Sequence record: QB031379.1
Length of the DNA stretch: 40,560 nt
Direction: 5' to 3' (one strand)
Origin: a phage
Notes under the pieces: generated by a model
Told to the model about the DNA's origin: nothing
Databases searched by the model: none
What the model saw: the letters and a program-made list of their open reading frames with translations, nothing else
In this document: positions 17,501 to 26,884 of the stretch, in pieces
Layout of the letters: each line of letters starts with the position of its first letter
Position numbering within the stretch: the stretch's first letter is position 1
Made by a program: the position numbers and the translations under genes

Positions 17501-19030
17501 ACTCAGGCCACGCATAGGCAATCCCCAAGCAGCACGTTCAGGGTCAACTTCAGCGAACTCTTTGGCAGTCATTGGGTTAGCCAAGTTGGTATCACTAATG
17601 ATTGAGCCATCCTTCAGGACTACCGCACCCGGTTCAGTTTCGAGAGGTGCATACTCAACGCCGTTGTGCTGTGAGAACACTCGGTCTTCTCTTGGAGGCA
17701 TACGGCTTGCGTCATAACCACCAGTGTTACGTGCAGTCTCACGAGCCTCAAAGCGCATCTGTGCAGCAGCAAAGGGGTTCTCAATCTGTTCAGCACCAGA
17801 CTTACGGAGACCCGCAGCAACGCCATCAGCAACCGCAGTGAGTCCCCCAGCAAGCAGCATACCAGCAAGAGCAGCTTCCGCATAGTGAGCATCACCACCA
17901 GCAACGGATGTACGCAGACCCTCAGAGGCAACGTTAAGTGCACCAGCTTGAGCACCCACCATTAATGCCTTGTTCACCAGCTTGAATCCCTTGGCTGTAT
18001 TCCCTGCGATTGGGACGTAGGTCAACGGGTCCACACCAGCACCAATCAGGCCAGCAGACAGCTTGGCACCAAGTCCAGCATCAGCAGCCTTAGAGTCCAA
18101 CTCGAAGTTCTCATTAGCCATCTTAATTAGCTCGTCAAGGTTCTCAGCGGAACCACCAAGCACAACGTTCATGTACGCAGGGTTCTTCACTTCAGTCCGA
18201 ATCTTATCGAGTTCTTCAGGCGACCAAATGTGGCTGTTAAACCGTGTCGGTTGAAGTACATCAGTGAGCACATCAAAACCATTGTCACGCTTACCAGCAC
18301 GGAAGGCAACACCCAAGGTTGAGTTTGAGAGTTCTGCTTCAGCAGCACTACCGAATCCGAAGAAGGTTGAACGCTCATTTGCTTCGTCAAGAGTTGTTCC
18401 TTTTGCTTCCCAATAATCTTTTCCGAACGGCTGATTGGGAGCGGCTTGTTCTTTACCTTGAAAGGACATTTCGTGAGACTCAGGGAGTTCAGTTGTTACC
18501 TTTCCTTTCTTTCCGATACCACTCATCGCAGCATCAAACGGAATCCCTTTACCCTTTGGGGTGATACCACCGAATGACTCGATGTCACCACTCTTAGGTG
18601 ACTTAGCGACATCCAGAAGTGAACGCAGATAGTTACGGCCTTCATCCCCAATGCTGGCAAAGTTACCAGAATCGTAGGCTTCCAGTTGAGGCTTACCATT
18701 ACTGCCTTCACCTTGGTTGTACGCTAGGGCAGCTTTAAGTTCATCACCATCATACTTCTTAACGAGGTCTGCAAGGTAACGAGCACCTGCATCAATGGAC
18801 TTAGCTGGGTCAGTGAAGTCTTCATCGTTCTGGAGACCATATGCCTGACCAGTTGCCTTAGTGAACTGCATGACACCTCTCGGCCCTGTTGGTGATTGAG
18901 CCGTAGGTTTAAAGCGGGACTCTACCCAACCGACCTTCCGAAGAAGGCCATAGGAGACTCCATGTGTGTCAGCAGCTTGTTGAAATAACGCATCATATTC
19001 ATGCGGTTCGTTCGGGTTATACTTATCCAC
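14585..19030 (-). CDS. Internal virion (ejectosome) protein D with N-terminal lytic transglycosylase domain (T7 gene 16 homolog)
   Basis: 1481 aa (T7 about 1318); N-terminal SLT-like motif ...VSYGLLRKVGWVESRFKPTAQSPTGPRGVMQFT...; an extra coiled-coil / Gly-Thr-rich segment around residues 710-880. Confidence 0.93.
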   Translation of the reverse strand: MDKYNPNEPHEYDALFQQAADTHGVSYGLLRKVGWVESRFKPTAQSPTGPRGVMQFTKATGQAYGLQNDEDFTDPAKSIDAGARYLADLVKKYDGDELKAALAYNQGEGSNGKPQLEAYDSGNFASIGDEGRNYLRSLLDVAKSPKSGDIESFGGITPKGKGIPFDAAMSGIGKKGKVTTELPESHEMSFQGKEQAAPNQPFGKDYWEAKGTTLDEANERSTFFGFGSAAEAELSNSTLGVAFRAGKRDNGFDVLTDVLQPTRFNSHIWSPEELDKIRTEVKNPAYMNVVLGGSAENLDELIKMANENFELDSKAADAGLGAKLSAGLIGAGVDPLTYVPIAGNTAKGFKLVNKALMVGAQAGALNVASEGLRTSVAGGDAHYAEAALAGMLLAGGLTAVADGVAAGLRKSGAEQIENPFAAAQMRFEARETARNTGGYDASRMPPREDRVFSQHNGVEYAPLETEPGAVVLKDGSIISDTNLANPMTAKEFAEVDPERAAWGLPMRGLSEIGLRTLRSEHAEIRGLAKDLVRSPTGMESGSHGKFGATASDIKERLHSTNQRTYNDLYSAMKEAMADPEWSVGMFKSGAQGARQEIYRRAAVAIERPELQANLTKAERKVMDIMKEHFDLKREMMENPSMFGNKANSIFPNSRHKGTYVPHVYSREAKQLYSQALGGSDGLQEAIAASWMTSYRSRPEVKARVDEMLAEQLRASKPAGKTAVTTPNKPSSVDTASYQLKLDDAATQASDKVSELKDVMTNAEKRVADRERKLQNSKDRLASHEAKLKELEEKLAAKPNSKTIPVKIESRKQMIETQKSHIRINTERLDYMKGQAAKVQDRITKATAEAEEAASAAKGQKTTGGGEDTTVGEATSGNAPQSVQEVTMDMVEKYARDKAYGIAKTDEFNSSSVIDDNIEGLVGIENNSFLEARNLFDSDMSVTLPNGQQFSVNDLRDFDMKHVMPAYDRRVDGDIAIMGGTGKTTAELKDAIMALDKKSEGKGTMKGEVEALKDTVKILTGRARRNQDTVGDTMVRALSDMSFFTKNAYMGLQNLTEISGMLAKGNIRAMLHGVPALRDLAFRNKPVSGSELKELHSMVFGKEFDQLIRPSRQDIIQRLRESTDTPDVAAKVAGTVKHATQELAARSPFTKFLNGTSNYLLDMARQGVMGDVVTHAITGKGANKWVKGDMLKSASISKEQWEGIQSLIRENVTRGEDGKFTFKDKRKLANDPRAMDLWRLADKVADETMLRPHKVSLQDSHAFGATAKLVLQFKSFVIKSMNSKFIRSGHEAFKNHRAMDMALTYAISGGIAGSYYVAQAHMKAAGLPKEQQKDYLKKALDPKMIAYAAASRSSHLGSPLSIANFAMGAAGYDQGLMVRSTILPKGDDKRERNKAVTSRDMGDSIMGAIGEQVPALGFAGAALATGRNAYGVLTAPNKPTEREMMTGLMNAHREMIPNDPISQQMLIKFYEANGVHIKADKK

Positions 19031-19053
19031 TTGGAACCTCCTATCGTGGTCTG

Positions 19054-21333
19054 TTAGTCTTTACCAGTTAGCGTATCCAGAATACCTTTGCCACTCACGC
19101 TATCGTACATGCTGCCAGAGCGCTTAGGCTTCTTAGCTTCACGTTCACGCTTGCGGTTCATAGCTCGTGTATGTAGGGTTCGCTTGTTGGCATCTTTGAG
19201 TGCCTTATTACGGGCTTCCTCATCCAGCTTCGCTTGGTTCTCTTGGTACATCTTCGAGAGCAACTTCTTGTCATACCGAATGTTTACCTGTCCGGTCGTG
19301 TCCATCAGGTAGATAGAGTCACCACGCTCGAACACAGTGAGTTGCTTGTTAGTAACCCAAGGGTTAGTCTCAGCGAGTTTCTTAGCGGCTGTGTCGATAA
19401 TGTCCTTACCTTGTTTCCAAGAGTCCGGGTCATCAGTCACACGCAAAGAGTTTCTCGTCAAGACACCAATGGTATCACCATCAACGCCATCAGCAGTGAG
19501 AGTCGTTGTGTTCTCTTTGAGATACTTATCGACCTGTTGCATTGCCGAATCAGCGTTACCTGTGCGGTACTTAACGGAGTCATAAATCTTACGAGCACCT
19601 GCATCCAATGTAGCTGGCATACGGGACAGTTCAGGAGACTGTGAGTTGTTCTTCAGGGAAGTCCACGCCTTGTCATCCTCGTACTGCATCTCTTTGGTAA
19701 GAGACTTACGAGCCTTATCCGCATCTAAGAGAATCTGCGGGTCAATCCCTTGGTTGTCCATCATGTCCATAGTGAGGAACATCTCGGCTTTATCAGGATA
19801 GAGTGCAGCGAATAACTCAGGGTCAGCATTACGAACACGTCGCAGGGCATTAAGAGCCACACCACCATCTTCTGGCATCTTCCCGTTAATCACAGCGGAC
19901 GTCCATTCCTTCTCAGCGTCACCAATCAGTTCACCAACCGCAGTACGGAAAGCACCCTTCTCGGAGTCAGCCTTGAGGTAGTCCAACTTCATGCGGTCCT
20001 TCTGTGCATCAGGGATGTCCATAGCGTCAATGTCAGCCAGCTTCTTGTTCGCATAGTTAACCATGTCACTATGGGTGAACTCACCAGTGTTCTCGTTGGT
20101 AGGCATATCGCCATACGCAGTAGACACATACTGACCATTGAGCCGCTTCTGGAACTGTGCGTCAATGACGTTCATCTTGTTCATCGACTTCTGTTGCTTG
20201 TCCATCTGCTTGGCTAACTCAGCGGTCTCCCGCTTCATCCTGTCCTGCATCTGCGTCTGTGCATTGATTAACGCCTGACGTTCAGGTGTCATCTCTTCGC
20301 CCGGTTGCAGCGTGTCCAGTTCAGCCTTGATGGATTGCAACTGTTCCCAGCCAGTGTTAACGTTCTCTTGGTTCAACGCAGAGTTCACATTAAGTTGGAA
20401 CGCCTCGGTCTTCTTGGCATTCAACTGGAACTCATTATGTTGAGCCTTAACCATCAGATTGTTCCACTGTTCGGCACCCATCAGTTCCTTGAAGGTAGTC
20501 TCTTTTCCATGTAGTTTCACCTTACGGTTCTCAATCTGTTGCAGGAACTGACCGCCACCTTCACGGTTAACCACGTCAGACAGACCTTGGCTAATCATTG
20601 TGAACGCTTGGTCATCACTAGGAATACTACCAGTCGTCAATCCAGCACTGAAGTAGTTCTCAAAGAACTCACCAGCATGTGGAGAACGTAGGGTTTCCGG
20701 GTCGTTCAACACAGAGTTCAACTCTACGCGACTGTTGATGACAGCACCCTTCTTAGCTTGGTCACTCAGGAAGTTATCGTGAGCACCATAGAGGGCGATG
20801 TTACGTTCAGTGATGTCGGAGTTGAAACCTTTCTGATAGTGCTCATCAGTCTCGTCGATACCGAACTGTTCCGCATAGTTCTTAGCGGCTTCTTGCAGTC
20901 GGCTGTGACGGAACTCTTCCAACTCTTGGCGGGTACGGAACTCACCGTTCTTAACCTTCTGTGCAACCTCATCGTCAACCAAGTAGGCAGCATTTCGACC
21001 AGTCTTAATCTTCAATGCTTCCATTGCGTAAGGGTCGTCCTGATACAGAAGTGTTCCATTCTTAATGGCATCTCGACGTTGCTCAGGAGTCAGCTTACGA
21101 ATAATCTCGTTAGAGCGTTCGTCTGCCTTGTCCTTCTGGTGCTGGTCATACTTCATATAGGCATCCGCACCCATCTCAGCAAGTTTACCTACAGTCCCAA
21201 TCAGTGCGGACTTCTTGGCATACTTAGGGTCTTCATAGACTGTTGCGGCCTTAACTTCCATACGACCAGTGCCGCGCAGACGACTGGTAGTCGGAGCGTT
21301 CATGCTACCCAATGCTTGAGCTAACTTACTCAT
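19054..21333 (-). CDS. Internal virion (ejectosome) protein C (T7 gene 15 homolog)
   Basis: 759 aa; size and position between gene 14 and gene 16 as in T7. Confidence 0.88.
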   Translation of the reverse strand: MSKLAQALGSMNAPTTSRLRGTGRMEVKAATVYEDPKYAKKSALIGTVGKLAEMGADAYMKYDQHQKDKADERSNEIIRKLTPEQRRDAIKNGTLLYQDDPYAMEALKIKTGRNAAYLVDDEVAQKVKNGEFRTRQELEEFRHSRLQEAAKNYAEQFGIDETDEHYQKGFNSDITERNIALYGAHDNFLSDQAKKGAVINSRVELNSVLNDPETLRSPHAGEFFENYFSAGLTTGSIPSDDQAFTMISQGLSDVVNREGGGQFLQQIENRKVKLHGKETTFKELMGAEQWNNLMVKAQHNEFQLNAKKTEAFQLNVNSALNQENVNTGWEQLQSIKAELDTLQPGEEMTPERQALINAQTQMQDRMKRETAELAKQMDKQQKSMNKMNVIDAQFQKRLNGQYVSTAYGDMPTNENTGEFTHSDMVNYANKKLADIDAMDIPDAQKDRMKLDYLKADSEKGAFRTAVGELIGDAEKEWTSAVINGKMPEDGGVALNALRRVRNADPELFAALYPDKAEMFLTMDMMDNQGIDPQILLDADKARKSLTKEMQYEDDKAWTSLKNNSQSPELSRMPATLDAGARKIYDSVKYRTGNADSAMQQVDKYLKENTTTLTADGVDGDTIGVLTRNSLRVTDDPDSWKQGKDIIDTAAKKLAETNPWVTNKQLTVFERGDSIYLMDTTGQVNIRYDKKLLSKMYQENQAKLDEEARNKALKDANKRTLHTRAMNRKREREAKKPKRSGSMYDSVSGKGILDTLTGKD

Positions 21334-21347
21334 AAACTGTACCTCCT

Positions 21348-21953
21348 TTATTTACCTTGGCCTGTTGACTTGGCATCTGAAGCCTTGACCTTAGCAGCAG
21401 CCTTCTTACCTAACTTATTGGTTAGAGGACTACCAGCAGTTGCAACATCAACCAGCTTCGTTAAGCCTAAGCCTAATGGGTCGATAATTTGTTCCAGCTT
21501 GCCTTTAAGCCGTGGCTCAGAGTTGTTGATTTCTTTAATTTGACTTACTGTGTTCTCGTGGTTAGCTAAACGCTTCCCTAAGATGACACTGTAGTCACGT
21601 TGGTAGTTCTCAGTGAGACCTTGAGACTCTCGAAGGAAGTCACCCTCGGTCACGCGCTGTACGCGGTCCATAGAGTTACCTTCAAGCATCCCTTCACCGA
21701 TTGCCGCTCGGATAGTCCCCATGTTTCTCACACGGTTCATATTCGCTTGGGTCATCTCCTGTACAGTGGAGTCAATGAGGTCACGCGATTCTAACTTGAG
21801 ATTAGCATCGTTATAATTCATCTCCTTTACCATCTGCCAACTTTGGCGACGACCTTGGTCAATCTGTGCGGCCTTTGCCTGTTCACCCTGCATACCTCCC
21901 ATAATCATGGAAGCGCCTTGCATAGCGATAGGGATTGCAGCCATCCAGCACAT
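21348..21953 (-). CDS. Internal virion protein B (T7 gene 14 homolog)
   Basis: 201 aa; MCWMAAIPIA...RAAIGEGMLEGNSMDRVQRVTEG matches T7 gp14 as I recall it. Confidence 0.88.
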   Translation of the reverse strand: MCWMAAIPIAMQGASMIMGGMQGEQAKAAQIDQGRRQSWQMVKEMNYNDANLKLESRDLIDSTVQEMTQANMNRVRNMGTIRAAIGEGMLEGNSMDRVQRVTEGDFLRESQGLTENYQRDYSVILGKRLANHENTVSQIKEINNSEPRLKGKLEQIIDPLGLGLTKLVDVATAGSPLTNKLGKKAAAKVKASDAKSTGQGK

Positions 21954-21955
21954 AG

Positions 21956-22369
21956 TTAACCTCCTATTGTGAATAGTTGGAATTGATTACTGTCACCAGT
22001 AAACTCATTATGGAACACCGCACCGATAGACTTCAAGAACCTAATGTGGGACTTGTTGCCAACCCAAACGTAGTTCCAGATAATCGGATACTGTTTGAGC
22101 ATGGTATCTCGATACTCCAGAATGAGCTTTCGGAACTCTCTTCGGGTCTTCATACTTAGTTTCCACACACGAGCGGACGTTACGAACCACACTTGGTCCC
22201 CACAGTTACCGCCTATAGCTACTGGCATCCCATGAAGAGACATAGTGACACACTCAGAGGCTGGTGGAAATGAAGGTTCAATGCCATAGGCTTTTGCCTC
22301 AGCTATGTCTTCAGGTGACGGTGTGAATCTCTCGAAGTCTGATTCTTTGGTAGGTCTGATTATTAACAT
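21956..22369 (-). CDS. Internal virion protein A (T7 gene 13 position)
   Basis: 137 aa, directly downstream of the phi13-like promoter and upstream of gene 14; called by position and size. Confidence 0.7.
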   Translation of the reverse strand: MLIIRPTKESDFERFTPSPEDIAEAKAYGIEPSFPPASECVTMSLHGMPVAIGGNCGDQVWFVTSARVWKLSMKTRREFRKLILEYRDTMLKQYPIIWNYVWVGNKSHIRFLKSIGAVFHNEFTGDSNQFQLFTIGG

Positions 22370-22397
22370 AGAGTTTCTCTCCTATAGTATAAAACCC

Positions 22398-22420
22398 CTT
22401 CCCAATAGTGAGTCGTATTG
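22398..22420 (-). promoter_or_regulatory. Phage-RNAP late promoter (phi13-like): CAATACGACTCACTATTGGGAAGG
   Basis: Consensus core upstream of the gene 13-position ORF. Confidence 0.85.
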
Positions 22421-22448
22421 TTCACTAAATGAGTCGGGGTGTTTACGG

Positions 22449-24827
22449 TTAGATACCAGAAGAACGACGCAGGTAGTTACCCTCCCAGCCACAACCAATA
22501 ACGTTCAGTGGCGTAGTATGGTCAGAGATAATACGTACTTCATTCAACTGTGCGTTGCCAGCGACCGGGAAGCGGAACTGACCAGTACCAACATTAAGCC
22601 CACCAGAGCGTAACGCATTGGAACCCAAGCGAGCACCCGCCATGTCATAGCTGAACAGTCGAGAGGTGTTCTCCACTTCTACAGTGAATGCACCAGAGTC
22701 CTCATAGTTCACCCACGCTCGGCGTAACTGCAAGCGCCCAATGTCCTCGGTAGCTGTCGAGCCATCATCAGCAGTCTTCTTGATGAGGAACTTAGAGAAC
22801 ACATAACGGAAGTTGATAGCCAAGCCAACGTAGATTGTCTCATCCTCACGGTTCCCACTCATTGACAACACAGGGACACCATTAGGCCAACCACCACGTG
22901 GAGGGTCGAACCACGAGACCAGACCATCAGAGGCCACAATGTAGAACCTACCAGTCCAATATTTCATCCCATAGATGTCTACAGGCTTCACAGTGGTAGT
23001 GTAAGTGTCATCGTTGTAGGCACCTTTAGGAATCACATACTTTATCTTGTTGTCGATGTACAGCCGATATGGTTCATCGTTGAAGTCAATGGAGTTCTTC
23101 GTAAAGTGTGCTCGGCACATCCAAGTGTGGGACTGGTTGCGCAACACAAGGTACATCGTTGAGCCGATAGAGTCACAAGCCAGAACCGTTACGTTACTTC
23201 CAAGTTCCCAATGCGACCACGACTGTTGAGCAATCTCTTCGTTGAGGTACAGGAATTTGTACAGGAAGATTTTACTCGGAGCGTTCGCAGAGAGCACGGA
23301 GATAAAGTTCTCAGTACCGGAGCCACGAATGGAGAACACACCGTTCGGAATGTAACTTGGAACGTGAGCACTCATATCCTCAGCAGACTTCACGGAGCTA
23401 ACATCCTGTACCGCATAGTAACGGTTAAGTGACGTATAGGAAGCACGAGGTGACGCAAAGTACACACCACGCCCAACGCCAAAAGGTCTCGCTCGGTCTG
23501 ACACATCGAACTCGGTCGTGAGGTTCAACTCTACTGACTTCGGTGAGAGGATACCTTGAGCAGACAACACGAACTGTGCTTGGTCTGACCATAGGAGCAA
23601 CTCTTCGGAGAACGGTACAGCGTACTTCAGGATAGAGATTCGGTTATGGGACACAGCCACGTCAATTGGGTCATCGTCGGACAGGTTAGCCACGGACGCA
23701 GGGAACAGTGAGAAATATTTGGAGGTACGGGACATCACAATGTTCTCACCAGCGAGGAACCCTAAGCGGTTACGGAAGAAGAACACATCGTTAATCATCT
23801 GGTCAACAATAGACGGAGTAGGGTTAGTGTCCATGTCGCCACAGGTACGCTGTGACCACGGAAGGGATTGCATAGTAAATGAGCCGTCTGGTTGGCGTAC
23901 CAAAGCATGTGGCATGGTGTCACCATTGAGACCCTTCTCAACTCCCCATCCGGCGACTTCCTTCCAGACTTTCTTAACGTTGTCATACTGGACATAGAAC
24001 ATGTCGGAAGTCTTAGAGGTGTCACCAACAATCTTCACAGTGTACCCATTAGGAGCCTCGATTGGCAACTTACTGAATGACTGGCTTGTGTGCATTACAG
24101 CGTTCATCAACTGGTTAGCGTAGCCATCCTCGGTGGACAACTGGTTAATCTGACTGTTACCCGGAGCGATTATGTGGATGAAGCCAGACCCTTCGTCGAA
24201 CCTCCAGTCCTTGAAGGAGCCGTGAGCACGAGCAAGACCTGCAAGTTTCTTAACGAGCCATTGTGCATCGGTCTCTTGTACATGTTCAGGCTTGTCACCT
24301 TGTGCAATCTTGTACTCAATGCGAACGTTGTTTATTGTGAATGCAAGTGTTCTCCCATACTGTCCACCACGAACGTTAATCAAACAGTCTCCGTTCTCTT
24401 TCAGAGTATAGAGCGGTGTCTTATCGGCACGCACCACCATGTTTCGGTTAACGATAAACGTGTAGTCAGCCACCGTTACCATTCGCAGGTCGTCACGAGG
24501 GTTTCCTACCTTCACGTAGCTCAAGTCACCTTTCACTGTGTACTCTTTGCCATTGAGGTCGAACACTCGGACTGCCTGTCCTGTGAACACAACGTAATAC
24601 TGTTCTACGCTATCGCGGTTGATTAAATGGATGAGCGGTTTTGTACCAAGGGCATTCTGGTCTCCAATGGTCTTAGTGAAGACAAAAGGTGGACGCTTCT
24701 GAAGACCCTCAGTCTCCGAAGACCAACCGTTAATCTGTTCGGAACCCTGTTCGGGGAACCTTAAGATGTTCGGCTGTTGACTGATACCGCCCTTCAGGTT
24801 CTTGACGGATTGTGAAATAAGAGCCAT
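22449..24827 (-). CDS. Tail tubular protein B (T7 gene 12 homolog)
   Basis: ORF-track frame trimmed to MALISQSVKNLKGGISQQPNILRFPEQ (RBS AAGGAGGT); colinear with T7 gp12 to the C-terminus ...IGCGWEGNYLRRSSGI. Confidence 0.93.
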   Translation of the reverse strand: MALISQSVKNLKGGISQQPNILRFPEQGSEQINGWSSETEGLQKRPPFVFTKTIGDQNALGTKPLIHLINRDSVEQYYVVFTGQAVRVFDLNGKEYTVKGDLSYVKVGNPRDDLRMVTVADYTFIVNRNMVVRADKTPLYTLKENGDCLINVRGGQYGRTLAFTINNVRIEYKIAQGDKPEHVQETDAQWLVKKLAGLARAHGSFKDWRFDEGSGFIHIIAPGNSQINQLSTEDGYANQLMNAVMHTSQSFSKLPIEAPNGYTVKIVGDTSKTSDMFYVQYDNVKKVWKEVAGWGVEKGLNGDTMPHALVRQPDGSFTMQSLPWSQRTCGDMDTNPTPSIVDQMINDVFFFRNRLGFLAGENIVMSRTSKYFSLFPASVANLSDDDPIDVAVSHNRISILKYAVPFSEELLLWSDQAQFVLSAQGILSPKSVELNLTTEFDVSDRARPFGVGRGVYFASPRASYTSLNRYYAVQDVSSVKSAEDMSAHVPSYIPNGVFSIRGSGTENFISVLSANAPSKIFLYKFLYLNEEIAQQSWSHWELGSNVTVLACDSIGSTMYLVLRNQSHTWMCRAHFTKNSIDFNDEPYRLYIDNKIKYVIPKGAYNDDTYTTTVKPVDIYGMKYWTGRFYIVASDGLVSWFDPPRGGWPNGVPVLSMSGNREDETIYVGLAINFRYVFSKFLIKKTADDGSTATEDIGRLQLRRAWVNYEDSGAFTVEVENTSRLFSYDMAGARLGSNALRSGGLNVGTGQFRFPVAGNAQLNEVRIISDHTTPLNVIGCGWEGNYLRRSSGI

Positions 24828-24846
24828 TAGAGACCTCCTTAAGTTA

Positions 24847-25437
24847 TTAACGAGACAGCAGACCACCAGTGAAGGCATCACCATCAAGCATGTTGAAGTT
24901 ACCGAAGTCAAGTTCGTACTCGTGACACTGCATCTTCGCTTCCTGTTCTTCTTCAGCCAACACAGCGTCAATCTCAGGTGCACCGAAGAACCTGTTGTTA
25001 AACTGACGGGCAGCTTTAGTTACAATCCAGAAGCGGAAGCATTCAGGCATCTCGTAGAACTCTCTCAGTTTAATGATGGTCACAGTGATAGGGTTCTGGA
25101 ACACATCGGTTCCTGTAGTCCGGTCATAGACGTAACCACCACGGTTAACGTAAGCGGTCGCGCCTCCTTCAGACAGTACGGACAGGTAGTCAGACATATA
25201 GGGAATCAATCCGTTGAACACATCAGGCAGCAACTGCTGACCTTCCTCAATGTTGAACGTCCAGCCCTTAGACTGAATCTGTCGGTTAATCTTATTGAGA
25301 ACTCGACGGGCGTTGGCAACATCGGCGTTAGAGTCACCCTCCAAAGTGGAGACTGGCGGTTCACCGATAGAGGCCAAGATGTCATTGACCGCAGCCAACT
25401 CTTCACCTGTCTCTAGGGTTGTTTCATAGGAACGCAT
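24847..25437 (-). CDS. Tail tubular protein A (T7 gene 11 homolog)
   Basis: ORF-track frame trimmed to [35 protein letters not shown]...; the listed longer start would run through the Tphi hairpin. Confidence 0.92.
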   Translation of the reverse strand: MRSYETTLETGEELAAVNDILASIGEPPVSTLEGDSNADVANARRVLNKINRQIQSKGWTFNIEEGQQLLPDVFNGLIPYMSDYLSVLSEGGATAYVNRGGYVYDRTTGTDVFQNPITVTIIKLREFYEMPECFRFWIVTKAARQFNNRFFGAPEIDAVLAEEEQEAKMQCHEYELDFGNFNMLDGDAFTGGLLSR

Positions 25438-25458
25438 GTTGGTATCCTCCTGTTGTAG

Positions 25459-25502
25459 CGAAAAAAACCCCTCAAGCACCCGCGAAGGCACCCAAGGGGT
25501 TT
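25459..25502 (-). terminator. Tphi-like terminator for the phage RNAP (G-U-rich hairpin plus U7)
   Basis: Revcomp ATGAAACCCCTTGGGTGCCTTCGCGGGTGCTTGAGGGGTTTTTTTCG resembles T7 Tphi; lies between the capsid gene and gene 11. Confidence 0.8.
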
Positions 25503-25512
25503 CATATAGTTA

Positions 25513-26690
25513 TCATTCAGTAGCAGCTAACTCAGCTTCCTTTCGAGCCTTGTTTGCCGCACGGGTACGGGCAGCTTTCTGTTGTGGCGTTAGCTCTTGC
25601 TCAACTTCAGTAAGGGACTCAGTGTCCCCTACGAGTTTGCGAGAAGTTAAGCCTTGTTGAAAACCAGCGCACCACATGCTTCAGGGCGCAGACCACCGTG
25701 ACCCATAGCATACTTAGCGATAATCTGGTCTGCTTGGAAGTTAGCTCGACGAGCACGTTCCAGTGCCATATCTTTCAGCTTAACAGTACCAACGGCAGAG
25801 CGGTGATTGAACAGACCGACAACGTTGTCCAGAGCAACACGGGTGTCACCAGAGGAAGTCTCAGGGAACGCATGTTTCTGACCAGTCGGATTTGCACCCT
25901 CTTCTGGACGGTCTTCGCCAGCACCACCAGCAGTCAGATGCGGAACCTCAATAACTTCGAAGCCCATAACGTTGCGGATAGAGCCAGTAGACGGGTCAAT
26001 CAGAGCCTGATAGTTTGCAGCGTTAGGCATCAGAGCAGCCAGAATAGCAGAGTAGTTGTCTGGAGTGGTGTAGAACACACGGTCAGCAGACGGAACATAG
26101 TTGCCAGTCAGCTTGGCACGAGCCAGAGTTAACTGTGCGATAATAGCCTGACCCAGCTTAACTTGGTCTCCCCGAAGCTCAGACTGCTTGCCAACTTCCA
26201 GTACATGAGCCTTACCGAGACCAGCGATGTTCTCGTCAGACGCAGACGGCAGGTTACACAGTTTAGCCATTTCAGCCAGAACCGCGCCATCAGCAGCCAT
26301 CGCAAGAGATTCACCCAACTGTGCGGTATACTCGGAGCGCACGTCATAGTGGTTCATTGCGTCTTCGATGTCGTAAATCAGAACGTCAGCAGTCAGCAGA
26401 CCATCAATGTTAATGGTACGCTCAGTGTGCTTCATGTCTTTACGTTTGTCATCGAGGTTCTCACCCGGTTGCAGGTAAGCAGCTTTGGTACGACCCAGCA
26501 CAGGGAACTGCGCGGACTTACCGGACTGAATAGAACGCACGAGGTGTTTGTTCATAGTTACGGAGGTGCGGGTAAATGCAGTCAGAACTTCACCACCGAA
26601 TACCTTCAGGAACAGAGCCAGTTTGTCACCAGCGCTCATGCCTTTACCTTGGTCCTTACCAATCTGTTGTCCACCAGTCATGTTAGCCAT
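25513..26690 (-). CDS. Minor capsid protein 10B: predicted -1 frameshift product of the capsid gene with a 48-aa C-terminal extension
   Basis: Heptamer GGTTTTC near the end of 10A (about 25660); the -1 frame then stays open for 48 codons (QQGLTSRKLVGDTESLTEVEQELTPQQKAARTRAANKARKEAELAATE) to a TGA at 25513-25515, just before Tphi. Hand-translated; mirrors T7 10A/10B. Confidence 0.45.
25647..26690 (-). CDS. Major capsid protein 10A (T7 gene 10 homolog)
   Basis: 347 aa; MANMTGGQQIGKDQGKGMSAGDKLALFLKVFGGEVLTAF... is nearly identical to the T7 gp10 N-terminus as I recall it. Confidence 0.96.
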   Translation of the reverse strand: MANMTGGQQIGKDQGKGMSAGDKLALFLKVFGGEVLTAFTRTSVTMNKHLVRSIQSGKSAQFPVLGRTKAAYLQPGENLDDKRKDMKHTERTINIDGLLTADVLIYDIEDAMNHYDVRSEYTAQLGESLAMAADGAVLAEMAKLCNLPSASDENIAGLGKAHVLEVGKQSELRGDQVKLGQAIIAQLTLARAKLTGNYVPSADRVFYTTPDNYSAILAALMPNAANYQALIDPSTGSIRNVMGFEVIEVPHLTAGGAGEDRPEEGANPTGQKHAFPETSSGDTRVALDNVVGLFNHRSAVGTVKLKDMALERARRANFQADQIIAKYAMGHGGLRPEACGALVFNKA

Positions 26691-26858
26691 GTTGAATCTC
26701 CTTCTGTTGATTTAAAGTTTAAATGTGTGAGGTACTACTTGAAACGAGTTGGTTCTCATTGTGTATCACTCAAAGGGAGCATTCCCACGACAAGCCCGGA
26801 AGCCAGATGTCACAGCAACTTAATGGTCTGTGTGACCTCCAATCGTGGGATTCCATCT

Positions 26859-26882
26859 CTCTCCCAATAGTGAGTCGTATTA
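26859..26882 (-). promoter_or_regulatory. Phage-RNAP late promoter (phi10-like): TAATACGACTCACTATTGGGAGAG
   Basis: Full consensus upstream of the capsid gene. Confidence 0.9.
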
Positions 26883-26884
26883 AT

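Noticed and set aside
22449-24983. N-terminally extended ORF-track versions of genes 12, 11, 3, 4, 0.6, 4.3, 5.9, 6.5 and 18.7.
   Set aside because: The ORF track uses the most upstream start, including GTG. In each case an internal ATG with a good RBS gives an N-terminus matching the T7 homolog, and the extension overlaps a promoter, terminator or upstream gene.
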